Shown: one piece after another, positions 29,301 through 40,374 of the stretch
Numbering within the stretch: the stretch's first letter is position 1
Layout: each line of letters starts with the position of its first letter
NCBI GenBank assembly: GCA_965644265.1
Contig: OZ286464.1
Span: forward strand, 46,376,001 to 46,440,000
Reading direction: 5' to 3'
Length of the DNA stretch: 64,000 nt
From: Glycera tridactyla
Taxonomy: Eukaryota
Program-made: the position numbers and the translations under genes
Notes under the pieces: generated by a model
Told to the model about the DNA's origin: nothing
The model's input: the letters and a program-made list of their open reading frames with translations, nothing else
The model's database searches: none

Positions 29301-32300
29301 TGCCGGGCAACATCGTAATTAAACAATTGGATGACATTTTGAATATAGAATTGAAACAAAATACTCATCGTTACGGTTCTTTTTTGCAGGTGCGAGATCA
29401 AGCTGAAAACATAAGCTACTTACAAGATGAGGTGGATAACCTCAAGGGTTCTAACCGATCACTGAAGGAGTCTCTGACCGAGCATGATGGACAGATGCGT
29501 GTCACTCAGATGAACCTGGAAACTTCGCAGAAACAGAATCAACTGCATGCACAGGAGGTGAGTGGATGACATCATTCATTGCATCTTGCTGTCTGGTATT
29601 CATCATGCGATCATTTTCTATGATGTGATTTCCTGACCACTCATGCAAATCTCTCGTAGGACCAAGCGGAGATTTGGTACCATACAGTTTCTAGCACAAT
29701 GGATGTGCTAGATCAAGATGCTTGTTCAGTCAGTGAGGGAATCACGCCCTCTTCCATAAGCATCATCCTCATAGACCCTGATCCCAGATCTCAGGATGGG
29801 CCATGAAGGGCTGGGGGTAATTATGATTGATACTTATGACCTGCAGAATTTTACCTTCATCTTGAACACAGTTTGAATCTGGTAGTTAAGTACAGTCAAA
29901 CCTGCTCTTCAGGGATTTTCTTACTTGGGTATATGTATAGGTCTTTCGGGCACATTGATGCATATTCCATGTGCCATTTCGGATCTGTGCGTGCCCCAAA
30001 CCATGTAATCATATCAAAGTATGGACAATTCATTGTGCCTCCTGGACACAAGATATCTGGTTTAATGTGCCCTTTCACAACTTTATGTGCCATTTAGCTC
30101 GGGGCACGGTGTAAAATTATCCCTGGCTCTTAAGACCACCTCTCTATAAAGGCCACTTTGAGCTGTGACCGTGATAGTATTTTCAACAGTAAATGACCTC
30201 TCTATAACGACCACCTGCCTATAAAGGCCAAGTTTTGATGCAACCGAATGCAGTCTCTATAGACAGGTTTGACTGCACATGGCATCCTAAATTATTCTCA
30301 AATTAACATGGTCAGCAACACATGCATAAACACATGACATAAGGACGTGTCTACCCTCCTTATAATCACATAACATCCTAACAGAGTGGTATTCCTTCTG
30401 TGTGCGTGGGTGGGTTTACAGTGAATTGATGGAGGAGAAGCTAATGCAGAGTTTGTGATACAATTTGCAGGTTGCTCGTTATGAGGAGACCTTGTCCCAG
30501 CTGCATGGAGAGCTGGACAGAGCTCAGGAACACTTCCGTAAGATCCAGTCACAGTTGGTCGATTCTGAACAGAAAGTGGCTGACTTCCGCGTCCAACTTG
30601 CCACGACTCAAGGTAACCACAAGGAGGCCATGGATCAGCTCTCAAGCCGCGGCAGAGAAATTGTCAACCTCAAGACTGAGCTTGATCACTCCAATCAAGC
30701 AAGCCAAGCCATGGCTGAAGAGGTAAGGATAATAAAAACCTTTTAGCATTCAGACTCATGCCGATTCATATTTCCCTGTGTCTTTTTCTCAAAGTCAAAA
30801 AATGCTATCCTGAAATAAATAGTTGTAACAGAGAAAACTATCTCATGTCCCATCATTGGAGGCCCCATCTTTCTCTTTCAGATTGTTTTCATCATAATTA
30901 TAAACTGGCAAATTACTGACATCAAAATAATCTCTGTTCTGCTGGAACATCTTGATGTCATGGTCATCTTGCATGGGTATTACAAAAAAGTTTATTTTCA
31001 CAACAAATTTCGAAACTGAGTTCTCCCTTTCTTGAGATCCCACTGACAGTTGTGATGTAATCTGATACTGTGATTGACTCAATCATTAATGGATTCCTAC
31101 CGCTCAGTGTCACTTTACCTGGGTCAAGTTGATATATTACTGTCATGATGGCTTAGTTGGTAACTTTCATTTTTTTTTTTCGTTTTCAGATTGCAGCGTA
31201 TGAGGATAAGACTCGCAAGTTGAAGCAGGAACTCAAGAAAGTTCAGGAATTCAATAGACAATCAGATGAGGAGGTAAGATATATCAATATTTATATAGCA
31301 CTATGGGGAAAAGAAAGAGAGTGCTGCTCTAGTGTATCGAACTACATCAAATGTGTGATGTTGGACAGAGCATTGGCTTGTATGTGCCACATCCATTTAA
31401 TCCTCAGAAAATGCCTCATCAGCAATAACTTCAAAGTGATTTCATACAATTGATTCTCCTCAATTAATTTTTTTTTATTTGTTTGCTCACTAACCCTGTG
31501 GGGTCATTGGTTCAGAAGATTGGCCTATAATGCGTGATGTCCTGCATTATCATGTGGACTAATTGTGATGATATTCTGATCACAGCTTCAGAAGTACGAG
31601 CTGAGGTTCAATGAGCTGCAATCAGATCTGGCATCTAGTCAAGAGCGTGGAAAACAGACGTTAGCTGAACTGACAGCTCATGAGGAGGAACTGATGCTTC
31701 ACAAAGTCGAGCTCTCATCCCTCACAGAAAAGCTGAAGATGAAAGTGGAAGAGGTAAGATTACGAGGAAATACACATGAAAGATGTAATACAGTAAAACC
31801 TGCAACTAGAGACCCCCGATGAGAGACCACCTTCACTGAGAGACCACTTTTTTCAGGGCAGCGTTTTTATTTGACATCGTCAAGTATACCTCTGATGAGA
31901 GACCACTTTTGGGTAACATTTGGGGTGATCTCTCATCGCAGGTTGCACTGTATTCAATACATGTTTCATTCATGCCAGACAAGAAGATTGTAGGAAAGGC
32001 ATGGTTTTGGTAATCTGAGAGAGAGAAATATCAACTCCGTCAGATTCCTTTGAGAAGACATAATTCAGAATGGAGTCCTTTTCATAAGAAGGTAGATGGC
32101 ATATTGTGACTGGAATAATTATCCATTTCTGCTTTCACATTTACAAGAGATTAATCTCATGCCTTACACTGACATTAATGTTTTCATATCAAGTTCATTT
32201 GAGGATTTGACAAGGTATCAATATAACAGATAATGACAATAGCATGAAATCCCATCTATCTTCAACAGATCAATATTTCGACTTGAAGATGGAAACATTG

Positions 32301-35300
32301 AGGATCAGCTTGTGAACTTTAGCCCCTGATTATTATTGTTGTTCTTGTGTTATGTATCATTCTGATCCTATTGCAGAGTGAAGCCTTGAAGAGTGACCTC
32401 GAAGGATTGCGCAAGAAGTATCAGACTGCTTCAGATGAGAACACCAACCTGCGTGTGGCGCTTGATGAATCTCGTGGTAATTCTGATCGCTTGCATCGTG
32501 AAAGTGAACTGGTTGTCCAGAATGTTAATACATGGGTTCGTGAACAAAAGTGAGTGATTGTATGTTTATATGCTGATATATGCAATGGATAGTCAATATA
32601 GTTGTAAATTTTTCTGGTCGAAGTTTATTGCCAGATCTTTCTCATGTTTCTATACTTCAGCAAAGCTGTGTATTCGAGGGACCGGATAGCTTCGTACGCC
32701 ATCAATGTTCCAGACAATTTAGTGTTTTAGTATTGATGAGAGCAATCTTATTTTATAAACTTGGTGGGCATGAGTTGATGAAACTACAATTCTATATCCT
32801 TGAATTTTAGTTTTTTTCCTGACCTCTGAATTCGAAATTAGCTCTGACGCCCTACCTTTCTTCAGATCAAAAAGTCCAAATTGAGGGATATCCAGGGTTG
32901 AATATGACGGAGAGCCATCATCAAGCGTTGGTCCAAGTGGACATCATACATTGTTTTGGAATAGAATGCTGTGGGGCTGGAACTCATGGGATTTATTGAT
33001 CTCAATGTAAAACCACAAATGTCAAAGCATCATCCAAAAAAATGTAAAAATCCCATCTAGAATAATGTTAAAATCCCAAGTTCAAGTTAGGTTCAAAATA
33101 GCGAAACCATCAGTTTTGTAATGCTTTTGTATTTCCAGAGCAAGGGAAGCATATGCCGAACTAGAGTGAGTTATCAGGCAGACTTGGTTTATAGTTCAGT
33201 CCCCATTGTTTGGGTTACTTCATTTTATTGGTTGACCTGGTGTTCTATTTTCATTTTCGAAGAATGGTACAATATGATTTCGAAAGACAAACCCCTCTTC
33301 CCTGGCTCATGTGGTTTTTATGTTGACACAACATTTCACTGGTGGTATGGTACTGCATTTTTAAGGATACTTCCCATATTATGTCATCCTGGGTTGAATT
33401 CATGAGGAGAAAAACAAAGCAGGAATATTTATGAAAACTTCATCGGTTCACTATGGTTTGAGTTTGTTTATTCCTGGGTATTGGTACTGTAAATAGACCT
33501 TTGGGAGAATTGCCACTTGATGAAATTTATATTCAAGTTATTTTGACAATCATGGGCATGTTTTTTTTTGGTCTATTGAATATAGATTTGTCAGAAATAT
33601 GAGAGTAAATGTGAGTAAGCTCAACTTATATGGCGGTTCTTGTCTCGGTGGGTAGATAATGTCAATATTGTTGTTACATGTGGTTTTGCATAATCATTTT
33701 TGGGATTGCCGCAAGTCACTGCAATTTATAGGTTGAGGCAATTTATTGCTCAGTATATCATGCTTAGGACTAGTTTGAATGAAACTAGATGGATGAATGA
33801 AAATGAGTTTTACATGTTTTTTTCGTTTTTTTTTCAGGTCAGCTAATGAAAAGCTTGGCAACAAAATTAGGTGAGTCCTTGTCTATACTAGCTTTATGGG
33901 TTGGGAAATGAGAAGTAACCAGGAGTATTCACCTCATTTTTATGTCATTTCTGTGTGAAATATCATCTGCCAATTGTGTGTCATTATAATATGGTATAAA
34001 GACTTATGATGGTATATTTAGAACTGGTTTGATGTGAAAAGTTTCATGTGAAAATTTGGATGTCAAATTATCACGATGACATGGTGACCAATGCAATCAA
34101 GGTATATTCACAACTGGATGATGTATCAAGTTCTTGTGAAGTTATGGATGGTGAATTCACAATACTCGATGTAACTGTTCATTTATTTTTCTCAACAGGG
34201 AGCAGAGCAAAGCTATTGTACAGCTGTCATCAGAGAAAGAGTGAGTATTCTCTTGGTTCACAGGTTTATTTGTTCCAAAAATAACATGATTATGAGATAT
34301 CCTTCCAAAATAAGTCATCTTTTCTATCCCCCCAAACAGAGAAAATTATTCAAAAGACGTTATTCTTACTCATCATTATATGTATGTTCAAGAATAATTC
34401 AATTGAGAAAAAATACTGGAAGAAAAGGATAGTTTTGATGGGATGACTCACATGAGTAGAAGTCTCTCACATGAAATGAATCTTAGGCACATTTGAAATG
34501 AAGTGAATATTTGTTTTCAAAATGATTCAGAGAAGAGTGTGTGTCCTCAGTGTATCAGCAGTTTCATCATCAGATTGTTAAGCAGAAGTTATCAGTATGC
34601 CAAACCGTGAACCTGAATCCTGTGAATGCATGTATTGACTCAATCAGAACCAGTAGCACATACTCATTTCTTTCCATTCTGTTCTCTCCAGATCACTTAT
34701 GGAACAGGTCCAGAACTTACAAAAGAGCAATAGCAAATTCACAAGAGAGCTGGAAGACAAACAGGTTGACAGTGAGAAATTCAAGGTTGGTTCCTTCATT
34801 CAGATTTTCCTCATGTCCACATTCTTCATTCTCCTAAATTTCAAATGAACACCTCAACAACTACCCATGATGTATATGAAGTATCAAATCTGTTTTTGGA
34901 AGTCATTCGGGTCTGATCTATTTGTTCTTTAAGTTGCTAGTTCTTCCATCAGCTGTCATATACTTCGTCTCTGGTTCGCATATTCAACTGATCTTGATTT
35001 TGTGATGTGTCAGCAAGGTTTAGTATTTAGTTGATGTATCTCAAGTCTTGCTGCCTTATGGGAATCAAATGATTCTTTTTTTTAGAAGATAAATTCACGC
35101 TTCTCACAGTAAGCTAGAAACTTGGGAAGCTTTCAATGTTCATCCAAACCCCTTCATCGACCCTTAGCGACTGCAACTAGGTGTTGTCAAATTACTCAAT
35201 ACAGTGATGCATTGGACTTTTGTATTGATCATGACAGTAGAACCAATTTTGGAAACTATTCCTTGGTGCAGATGACTATATCTCATTGTTCTTTCCACAC

Positions 35301-38300
35301 AGGCTCTACAGAGTCATTCTGCTCACCAGCAAGTCCTGCTTCATCAGCTGCGCAATCGTCTCGAGGAGCACGAGTAAGTTCTGTCTTTTACTATATGGAT
35401 ATGACATTTTCAGTGAAGTATCAGGTGTTGAGTATTAGGCATGATACTTTACAGCTAGATAAGAGCTACTTTTTGACAATTTCTCCCCTAATTCATGTAA
35501 TAAAAGCAAGACTATATGACTGTGAGGTATTGCATTTTCACCTCACGACTATATCTTGCTCTTATCACATTGATTATGAGGGAAATTGTCAAGAAGTAGT
35601 TCTCATGCAGATGTGAAGTAACACGCGCAATACTCAACTCCTGATACTTTTACTGAAAGTGTCACATCCATGTGATAATGAGCCTACACTTTAACATAAA
35701 TGTTTGTCTTCCCATAAACTGTCCTCTCCTTGAATTTGCTTCCAAAGATTGATTGAAGAGTAGAAACCTATGTGCTTTAATATTTGGTTTATGGTTGCCA
35801 TGCATTGTATAAATTATTGCCATGGTGCAACTTGCATATATGGATTATTTTTCCTACAGATTGCAGATAGAGATTCTATGGTAATGTGCTACCCACCATA
35901 AATACTATTTCAATGTTGACATCTGAAAAGCATTTGGATTCCATATCTGGGATGTGTTTCAGGTTGATAAGTTCAATGTCAGGAGTCCAATCTAATTTGC
36001 TCACCAGGGAATCATGGTGAATATTTTAAGGGTTGTCATGGTCGTGCTAAGGGACAGTCATCCATCATCTTCAGAGGACAGTTTCTGAATGTTTGTCATG
36101 ATCTTTACCTATTCACTTTCATTGCAGAGCTGACCAAGATGAGGAGCTGAAACATAAGCTAGCAACTATTGAAGATTTACATACTCGCCTAAAATCCAAT
36201 GTTGATGCAGTGCAACAGTTGAATGAGCAGGTAGGTCTTCACGTCATTATAGTTGTGGCTTATTGAATATGAATGTGGTATCAGACAAATTTGAGATGTG
36301 TCAATTCTTGATAACATCTGTGTATAGAGATATGCATATGTGAGAGGGAGGGCGGGAGGGAGACCGAGACCTGAGGAATAGTAAATTACCCAGTGATGAT
36401 AGTCAATTGAAAAAAATTGAGATTCAGACCATTTTGCATCTTACAGATTGGATGTTGATATTGAGTAAGATCCGAAAATCTTAGTTAATTCATGTCTTAT
36501 CAATTGCACGGTTCATAATGTTTGATCACACCCATCATGATCATGCATCTGATACCAAAACCATTGCTGTTTTCTCTTCAGCTAAATGGACTACAGAAGG
36601 AAAATCTGCGAATCAGGACCGACCTTGAGCGCGAGGTCACAGACCGTCAGACGTTGCAGCTGCAGCTTGAGTCCAAGGAGCAGATGTTGTCCTCTCTGCG
36701 TGCCCAGCTGGAGACGCGTGCCATGACAGATACCCCCATCATCATGGATTCCTTACAACAAACACCAATGAAAGGTGTCATGACACCTGTAAGTGCGCCT
36801 TCACAACTTTACTTCATCATTTAGCTTTCTGAGGTGTTTTCTAAACTGCTTCATTAAAACAGATACCATTTTTCAGGAAGAAACTAAATTCTGATGGTCA
36901 GATGAAGTAATTGATATCCCTAAGCTGCTAGAATATGGGTGAAAGTATTGAATCAGATACCTATGGGAATATGTGGGAATACTCTCGAAATCATTCACAC
37001 ATGATAAAAATTGAAGCCATGTGAAATACCAGGAAGGAAATGGTTCTTACATGAACCTTTTTGTTTGAGTCTAAAGACAAATAAATATCTTTTCACCCAG
37101 CAAGCTTATGGATGTGCTCTCATGTAATATGAATGATTTTCAAATTGAAGGGACAGCATATGAGCATGCTTCATAGATATCTAGTAGGATTCCGTTAACT
37201 CAAGTCTATATAGAAGTGAAGAGTCTGACCAGCCCTTACGACACAGATACATCACAGCTTCGGTCTGCTATGTTTGGAATATGCGAGTACAGTGGAACCT
37301 GTGACAAGAGACCACCCTGAATGTCCCCCAAAACGGGTCTCTCAAAAGAGGTGGTCTCTCGTCGGAGGTATATTTGAATATGTCAAATACAAAAGCTGCC
37401 CTGGAAAAGGCGGTCTCCCATTGGAGGTGGTCTCTTGTTGTAAGTTCCACTGTATGGGGCAGGAGAGCATCAGTATTTCTACCATCTCCATATAATCTGA
37501 ATAAAATAGCATGGTCAAGTTTGTTAAGAGCCTTACCTTTGTTATACTACTTTATTGTGCTCCGTTTGCATTCTAGCATTGCTTTTCATGTTGCTATGTG
37601 TGAACCTTTTTTTTGGTTTTTGTCTACTTGCATGAGACAGCTTTTCTCAGTAGTTTTCATTCATTTCATTTTCTATAGAATGGTTGGAATAGGCAGTCAC
37701 CATCAAAATCTTTCAACAAGGTGAGTTTTGAATTTTGAATGTTGTCAGATATATCCTCCATCTGAACCTCTCTGACTTTGTTCATACTTCCTTTCTTTTT
37801 AGCATAGAAACATTTGTTTAGTTCAATTCAATTCAATCAAACTTTATTCAAACTCGTAATAACTTATTTATAGAGAAACCAATGCACTGAAGTCAGCTCG
37901 CCAAGCTTTTTCCGACAGCCACAAGTTTTAGATCTTAGTTCACTTTCCAATGATTATTTTCAAACATTTAATAGTACATTGACTTCCTTGCCACCTGAAA
38001 TAACTTGTGAAGACATCATTTGGAAAATCTCAATTGAAAAAAACCATAATGTGATCTAACTTACAACTATTCAATGTTTTCAAGTTTTACAAGGTTTTGG
38101 TCACATTATCATTTACTGCTGATCAGTGCAGTGAATTTTAAAGCTGCACATTGATATCATAATGTTATTATTTTCTTTTTTGAAATACCTAGAAGTATAT
38201 TCAACATGACAAGTGTGGACACTAATCTGAGGAACATCATTAACATAGAAAAAGGTATCCTTTCATCATGTTCTTTGGGGCCTGGTTGTTTCTGAAAACC

Positions 38301-39113
38301 CTGGTACCATGTACCATTGTATTTATGGTGGACTTATGTGATATTTGCTTCTTTTGCAGATGGACATGTCTTTAGAAGAAGGAATGGATCCACATAGTCT
38401 CGACAAGAACTACTGGATCTCAAGAGTGAGCGAGGTAGGTGAAATTGTTGAGCAGAATCAAGTTATTATGTGTGATATTCATATTTACGGGACTAGATGT
38501 ACCAACCTATGTAGGAAATATCGCACCTTGTTAGTCTACTTCTGGCTGTCTATGTCAGGAGTCTTTCCCTGTTGTATACTACACTCCACAAACATGCTTG
38601 AAATAGAAGGCTTCTGTTATTTCAAGTTCTTTAATAGACTGTGGCATCAGTGAGATTGGGAGAGGAATAGTGGGGAATTAATTTGGTTCCTTTGTAATTT
38701 TTACTACCAATTCCCAAGATGACAATGGACCATTTTGTTGATTTCACACTCTGATAGTATTGATGCTTGCAATAGTGAAATTGAATGAAATGAAATGTCC
38801 TTTTCCTCCACAAATGAGTTCAAATTAACAGCATTCTATTTTTAATCCATGGAAGTCTTCTCAAAGTTGGACAGAACTAGAACTATGTCACTAATGATCG
38901 GAAGAGTGCAAATCGAAATGGTAGTAATACTTAGTCTAAGTTTTAATGTCAGTATTGTATTATTCAAAATTTGTAAACATCAATGATGACTTTATGTTTC
39001 AGTTGTCACTCCAACTGCAGCAGAGCAGCGAGTATTGGTCAGACAAAGTTCGGGATCTCAACAAGCAGCTTGAAAAGTCCAAATCACCATCACCCGACCC
39101 AGTCCGATCATAG
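8056..39113 (+). CDS. PMFBP1: Multi-exon gene for a ~1400-aa coiled-coil protein, PMFBP1-like (whole gene span; exons listed separately)
   Basis: 24 consecutive GT-AG exons from 9259 to 39113 join in one frame (3831 nt, 1276 aa plus stop) with heptad, E/Q/K/L-rich sequence. The C-terminal segment ESELVVQNVNTWVREQKSANEKLGNKIREQSKAIVQLSSEK matches my recollection of the PMFBP1 C-terminus (..ANEKLGN..REQ.K.I..LS.EK). The four 5' exons and the start codon are less certain. Confidence 0.7.
8471..8518 (+). CDS. PMFBP1: Putative exon VSTVIKDDSMDDCSDY
   Basis: TTCCAG acceptor and phase 0-0, but the donor is weak (GTACCA). Confidence 0.35.
8924..8975 (+). CDS. PMFBP1: Putative exon ASLSHTGREDMKNVHLS(G)
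   Basis: CCCTTTTCAG acceptor, GTGAGC donor, phase 0 to 1. Confidence 0.5.
9117..9130 (+). CDS. PMFBP1: Putative 14-nt microexon (G)CTLE
   Basis: CTTTTCAACCTGACAG acceptor, GTATGC donor; phase 1 to 0 restores the frame into the 9259 exon. Confidence 0.45.
9259..9426 (+). CDS. PMFBP1: Exon VMRYEDQ...LTCQKE (56 aa)
   Basis: CATAG acceptor, GTGAGC donor, phase 0-0, coiled-coil. Confidence 0.85.
9715..9869. mobile_element. TA-flanked MITE, GAGACCACC family
   Basis: TA-CAGTGAGACCTG...CAGGTTTCACTG-TA with internal GAGACC repeats. Confidence 0.8.
10082..10270 (+). CDS. PMFBP1: Exon VANRDAL...IKEER (63 aa)
   Basis: CAG acceptor, GTGAGT donor, phase 0-0. Confidence 0.85.
10704..11009 (+). CDS. PMFBP1: Exon IANEEK...RATDE (102 aa)
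   Basis: TTGCAG acceptor, GTAAAT donor, phase 0-0. Confidence 0.85.
11472..11731. mobile_element. MITE (GAGACCACC family), composite/partly duplicated
   Basis: TACAGGGGAACCTCTCTTGAGAGACC start; two TTTCACTG ends at 11648 and 11731. Confidence 0.65.
11791..12021 (+). CDS. PMFBP1: Exon INLLKADL...ETRSR (77 aa)
   Basis: CTCAG acceptor, GTATGT donor, phase 0-0. Confidence 0.85.
12643..12873 (+). CDS. PMFBP1: Exon EHEHVDL...DTQQE (77 aa)
   Basis: TTTTGCAG acceptor, GTCAGT donor, phase 0-0. Confidence 0.85.
15449..15532 (+). CDS. PMFBP1: Exon ALQNDERARRYHADYVSYQESHTHSNQE (28 aa)
   Basis: TTTTTCAG acceptor, GTGAGT donor, phase 0-0; too short for the ORF track. Confidence 0.8.
15589..15748. mobile_element. 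MITE (GAGACCACC family)
   Basis: CAGTGAAACCTCTC...GAGAGTTTTGACTG-TA; internal sequence close to the 11472 copy. Confidence 0.75.
16045..16212 (+). CDS. PMFBP1: Exon FKDNEARL...AAEKE (56 aa)
   Basis: TTTCAG acceptor, GTAAGA donor, phase 0-0. Confidence 0.85.
17335..19250 (+). pseudogene. Decayed hAT-like DDE transposase with one retained intron (17988-18361)
   Basis: Fragments across stops and frameshifts: CN.SFYIANMG...SHVEGKKH (BED-like), MFPDDVIAKKFKCGE, MFEESLNE..QQEQMDIHV, GMDGPNVNWK, PHVVHNS, SPARR, RWLENVPVV. The right boundary is approximate. Confidence 0.75.
20258..21245. repeat. 30-bp minisatellite, ~33 copies (consensus AGTAATCCTTTGTAGAATATGATAGCCAGG)
   Basis: Directly visible tandem periodicity; it produces spurious 10-aa-repeat ORFs on the minus strand. 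Confidence 0.95.
22407..22556. mobile_element. MITE (GAGACCACC family)
   Basis: TA-CAGTGAAACCTGC...GCAGGTTTCACTG-TA. Confidence 0.8.
23646..23888 (+). CDS. PMFBP1: Exon IGRLESS...LKIEE (81 aa)
   Basis: TTTGCTAG acceptor, GTAAGC donor, phase 0-0. Confidence 0.85.
24405..24488 (+). CDS. PMFBP1: Exon IERLEGVVRELRMNVSNLERDHRQAENQ (28 aa)
   Basis: TTTTCACAG acceptor, GTAGGT donor, phase 0-0. Confidence 0.8.
25414..27962 (+). mobile_element. Non-autonomous Helentron/DINE-1-like element (HINE) with an internal tandem array
   Basis: 5' T-run, then ACCTCGTCTCAA (25419-25430) inverted with TTGAGACGAGGT (27927-27938). 3' stem-loop GCCTTC-AGT-GAAGGC (27941-27955). (GGCGTC)n microsatellite near the 5' end. 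Confidence 0.75.
26010..27790. repeat. 147-bp tandem repeat, ~12 copies
   Basis: The AAATGG anchor recurs at 26191, 26338, 26485, 26632, 26779, 26926, 27073 and 27220 (spacing exactly 147), then at 27369, 27508 and 27654. Confidence 0.95.
27984..28170. repeat. Second dispersed repeat family (TGGTTCCCCATCATCTTGTGTTCAGGGTTTGTG core)
   Basis: Same core at ~5480-5600 and inverted at ~61150-61245; the GTTGATACATGCCGTTAA motif also occurs at ~61419. Confidence 0.6.
28419..28922 (+). CDS. PMFBP1: Exon LAHHEEK...DSTNK (168 aa)
   Basis: TTTGCAG acceptor, GTAAGT donor, phase 0-0. Confidence 0.9.
29390..29557 (+). CDS. PMFBP1: Exon VRDQAEN...LHAQE (56 aa)
   Basis: TTTTTGCAG acceptor, GTGAGT donor, phase 0-0. 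Confidence 0.85.
29893..30275. mobile_element. MITE (AAGACCACC subfamily) with ~220 bp of extra internal sequence
   Basis: TA-CAGTCAAACCTG...CAGGTTTGACTG; family-type sequence resumes at ~30125. Confidence 0.55.
30471..30722 (+). CDS. PMFBP1: Exon VARYEET...AMAEE (84 aa)
   Basis: TTTGCAG acceptor, GTAAGG donor, phase 0-0. Confidence 0.85.
31190..31273 (+). CDS. PMFBP1: Exon IAAYEDK...QSDEE (28 aa)
   Basis: Poly-T/TTTTCAG acceptor, GTAAGA donor, phase 0-0. Confidence 0.85.
31586..31753 (+). CDS. PMFBP1: Exon LQKYELR...MKVEE (56 aa)
   Basis: CACAG acceptor, GTAAGA donor, phase 0-0; absent from the ORF track. Confidence 0.8.
31791..31950. mobile_element. MITE (GAGACCACC family)
   Basis: TA-CAGTAAAACCTGC...GCAGGTTGCACTG-TA. 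Confidence 0.8.
32377..32549 (+). CDS. PMFBP1: Exon SEALKSD...WVREQ(K)
   Basis: TTGCAG acceptor, GTGAGT donor, phase 0 to 2. Confidence 0.85.
33838..33870 (+). CDS. PMFBP1: Exon (K)SANEKLGNKI(R)
   Basis: Poly-T CAG acceptor, GTGAGT donor, phase 2-2; carries the PMFBP1-like motif. Confidence 0.8.
34199..34240 (+). CDS. PMFBP1: Exon (R)EQSKAIVQLSSEK(E)
   Basis: TTTCTCAACAG acceptor, GTGAGT donor, phase 2-2. Confidence 0.8.
34692..34785 (+). CDS. PMFBP1: Exon (E)SLMEQVQ...SEKFK
   Basis: CTCTCCAG acceptor, GTTGGT donor, phase 2 to 0. Confidence 0.8.
35303..35373 (+). CDS. PMFBP1: Exon ALQSHSAHQQVLLHQLRNRLEEH(E)
   Basis: CACACAG acceptor, GTAAGT donor, phase 0 to 2. Confidence 0.8.
36128..36230 (+). 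CDS. PMFBP1: Exon (E)ADQDEEL...QLNEQ
   Basis: TTGCAG acceptor, GTAGGT donor, phase 2 to 0. Confidence 0.8.
36582..36788 (+). CDS. PMFBP1: Exon LNGLQKE...GVMTP (69 aa)
   Basis: CTCTTCAG acceptor, GTAAGT donor, phase 0-0. Confidence 0.85.
37290..37452. mobile_element. MITE (GAGACCACC family)
   Basis: TA-CAGTGGAAC...GTTCCACTG-TA. Confidence 0.8.
37679..37720 (+). CDS. PMFBP1: Exon NGWNRQSPSKSFNK
   Basis: TTTTCTATAG acceptor, GTGAGT donor, phase 0-0 (skippable in frame). Confidence 0.6.
38360..38434 (+). CDS. PMFBP1: Exon MDMSLEE...WISRVSE
   Basis: CTTTTGCAG acceptor, GTAGGT donor, phase 0-0. Confidence 0.75.
39003..39113 (+). CDS. PMFBP1: Last coding exon LSLQLQQSSEYWSDKV...PVRS*
   Basis: TGTTTCAG acceptor; TAG stop at 39111-39113. 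Confidence 0.8.
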   Translation: MSLQLQQSSEYWSDKVRDLNKQLEKSKSPSPDPVRS

Positions 39114-40291
39114 CAGCCTGCCAATCATGACAGCTGTTGATACCTCAGAAAACCGTCCACTTTCTCCCCGTGCTGCTATGATACTGGTCCAAGGATGCTT
39201 CCAATGGGATGTTCAGCACAGGTTACCATGACAACCCTCATCAATGGCTACACAGTCATTTTTGCAGCCAGGCTAGGAGGAGCTGGGCGTCAGCCATATT
39301 GTGTGATGTCCGTTTACTAGCCGGTATTTGTTACTGTTTATCAAGTCACTTGAGACGTCTAACAGGTGTCATGTCAGAATATGGTTCCTGTATTCATCAG
39401 TATAGATCAGCTCAAGATGCATCCCTGTAGATGTTCAATGGTGAATATGTCCTGCTCTGTCAATTGTTTGCATTCAGAGTCACATGACGTAACCTTGGAT
39501 CAGTTTTCTGTAATGTGTAGTTTTTGTTTTTCAAGTATTACCAGCCAAAGATTTTATTCCGTCATTTTGATGATAGGCCATAGTTTTAGGATTGTAGAAG
39601 TGATGTAAGGCAGTAAAAACTCCATCCACTGCCAACATTTTCTACATAGACTGAATATGATCCTGTAAACATGACTTGGCTCTTTTTCGACCCACTTGAT
39701 TGATTCCAAATTCAACACTTGAACAGTTTTACCAGGGAATGAATTTTAAATGGCTCGCCAAAATGATTTTATGCCCTACAGAAAGCTATTATTTTCCATG
39801 CTGCTATGATTACCTATTAGTATTGACGTCAGAGCAGCAGGTGAATGTCTGATTGGAATGGAATAATTGTAGAGATGCAGCAAAAAACCCCGGTTCACTT
39901 CTCTATTGTTGATTTCATTCTGAATAGTCATCTTTTGCCCCCCCCCCCCCCCCCATTATCAGTCATCATTCCATTCAGATCAGACAGCCACCTAGTCATG
40001 CATGTAAGACTTCATAGTCCACATTATGATCGGTTTATGTTGGCAGCTTCTTTTATCTTTAAAAGATACATGGATTTTGAGTGGATATGAAGAAGAAATG
40101 GTGCCTGGGATCTACCATGGTTGCTGATTCACATGAAGGAATTTCCCATTTTAGTACACACTTTCTGATATTGTGCTATTTCACATATCTTATTTTTGAC
40201 TGGGAAATTCTCAGCATTAGCAACTATCTTAAGAGTGCTGTTCAGTCAATCGGATTCATGATTTCTCATCCCTTGATGCTGACAATCAAGA

Positions 40292-40295
<4 letters not shown>

Positions 40296-40371
<76 letters not shown>
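40296..40371. repeat. (TA)n microsatellite
   Basis: Direct reading. Confidence 0.95.
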
Positions 40372-40374
<3 letters not shown>

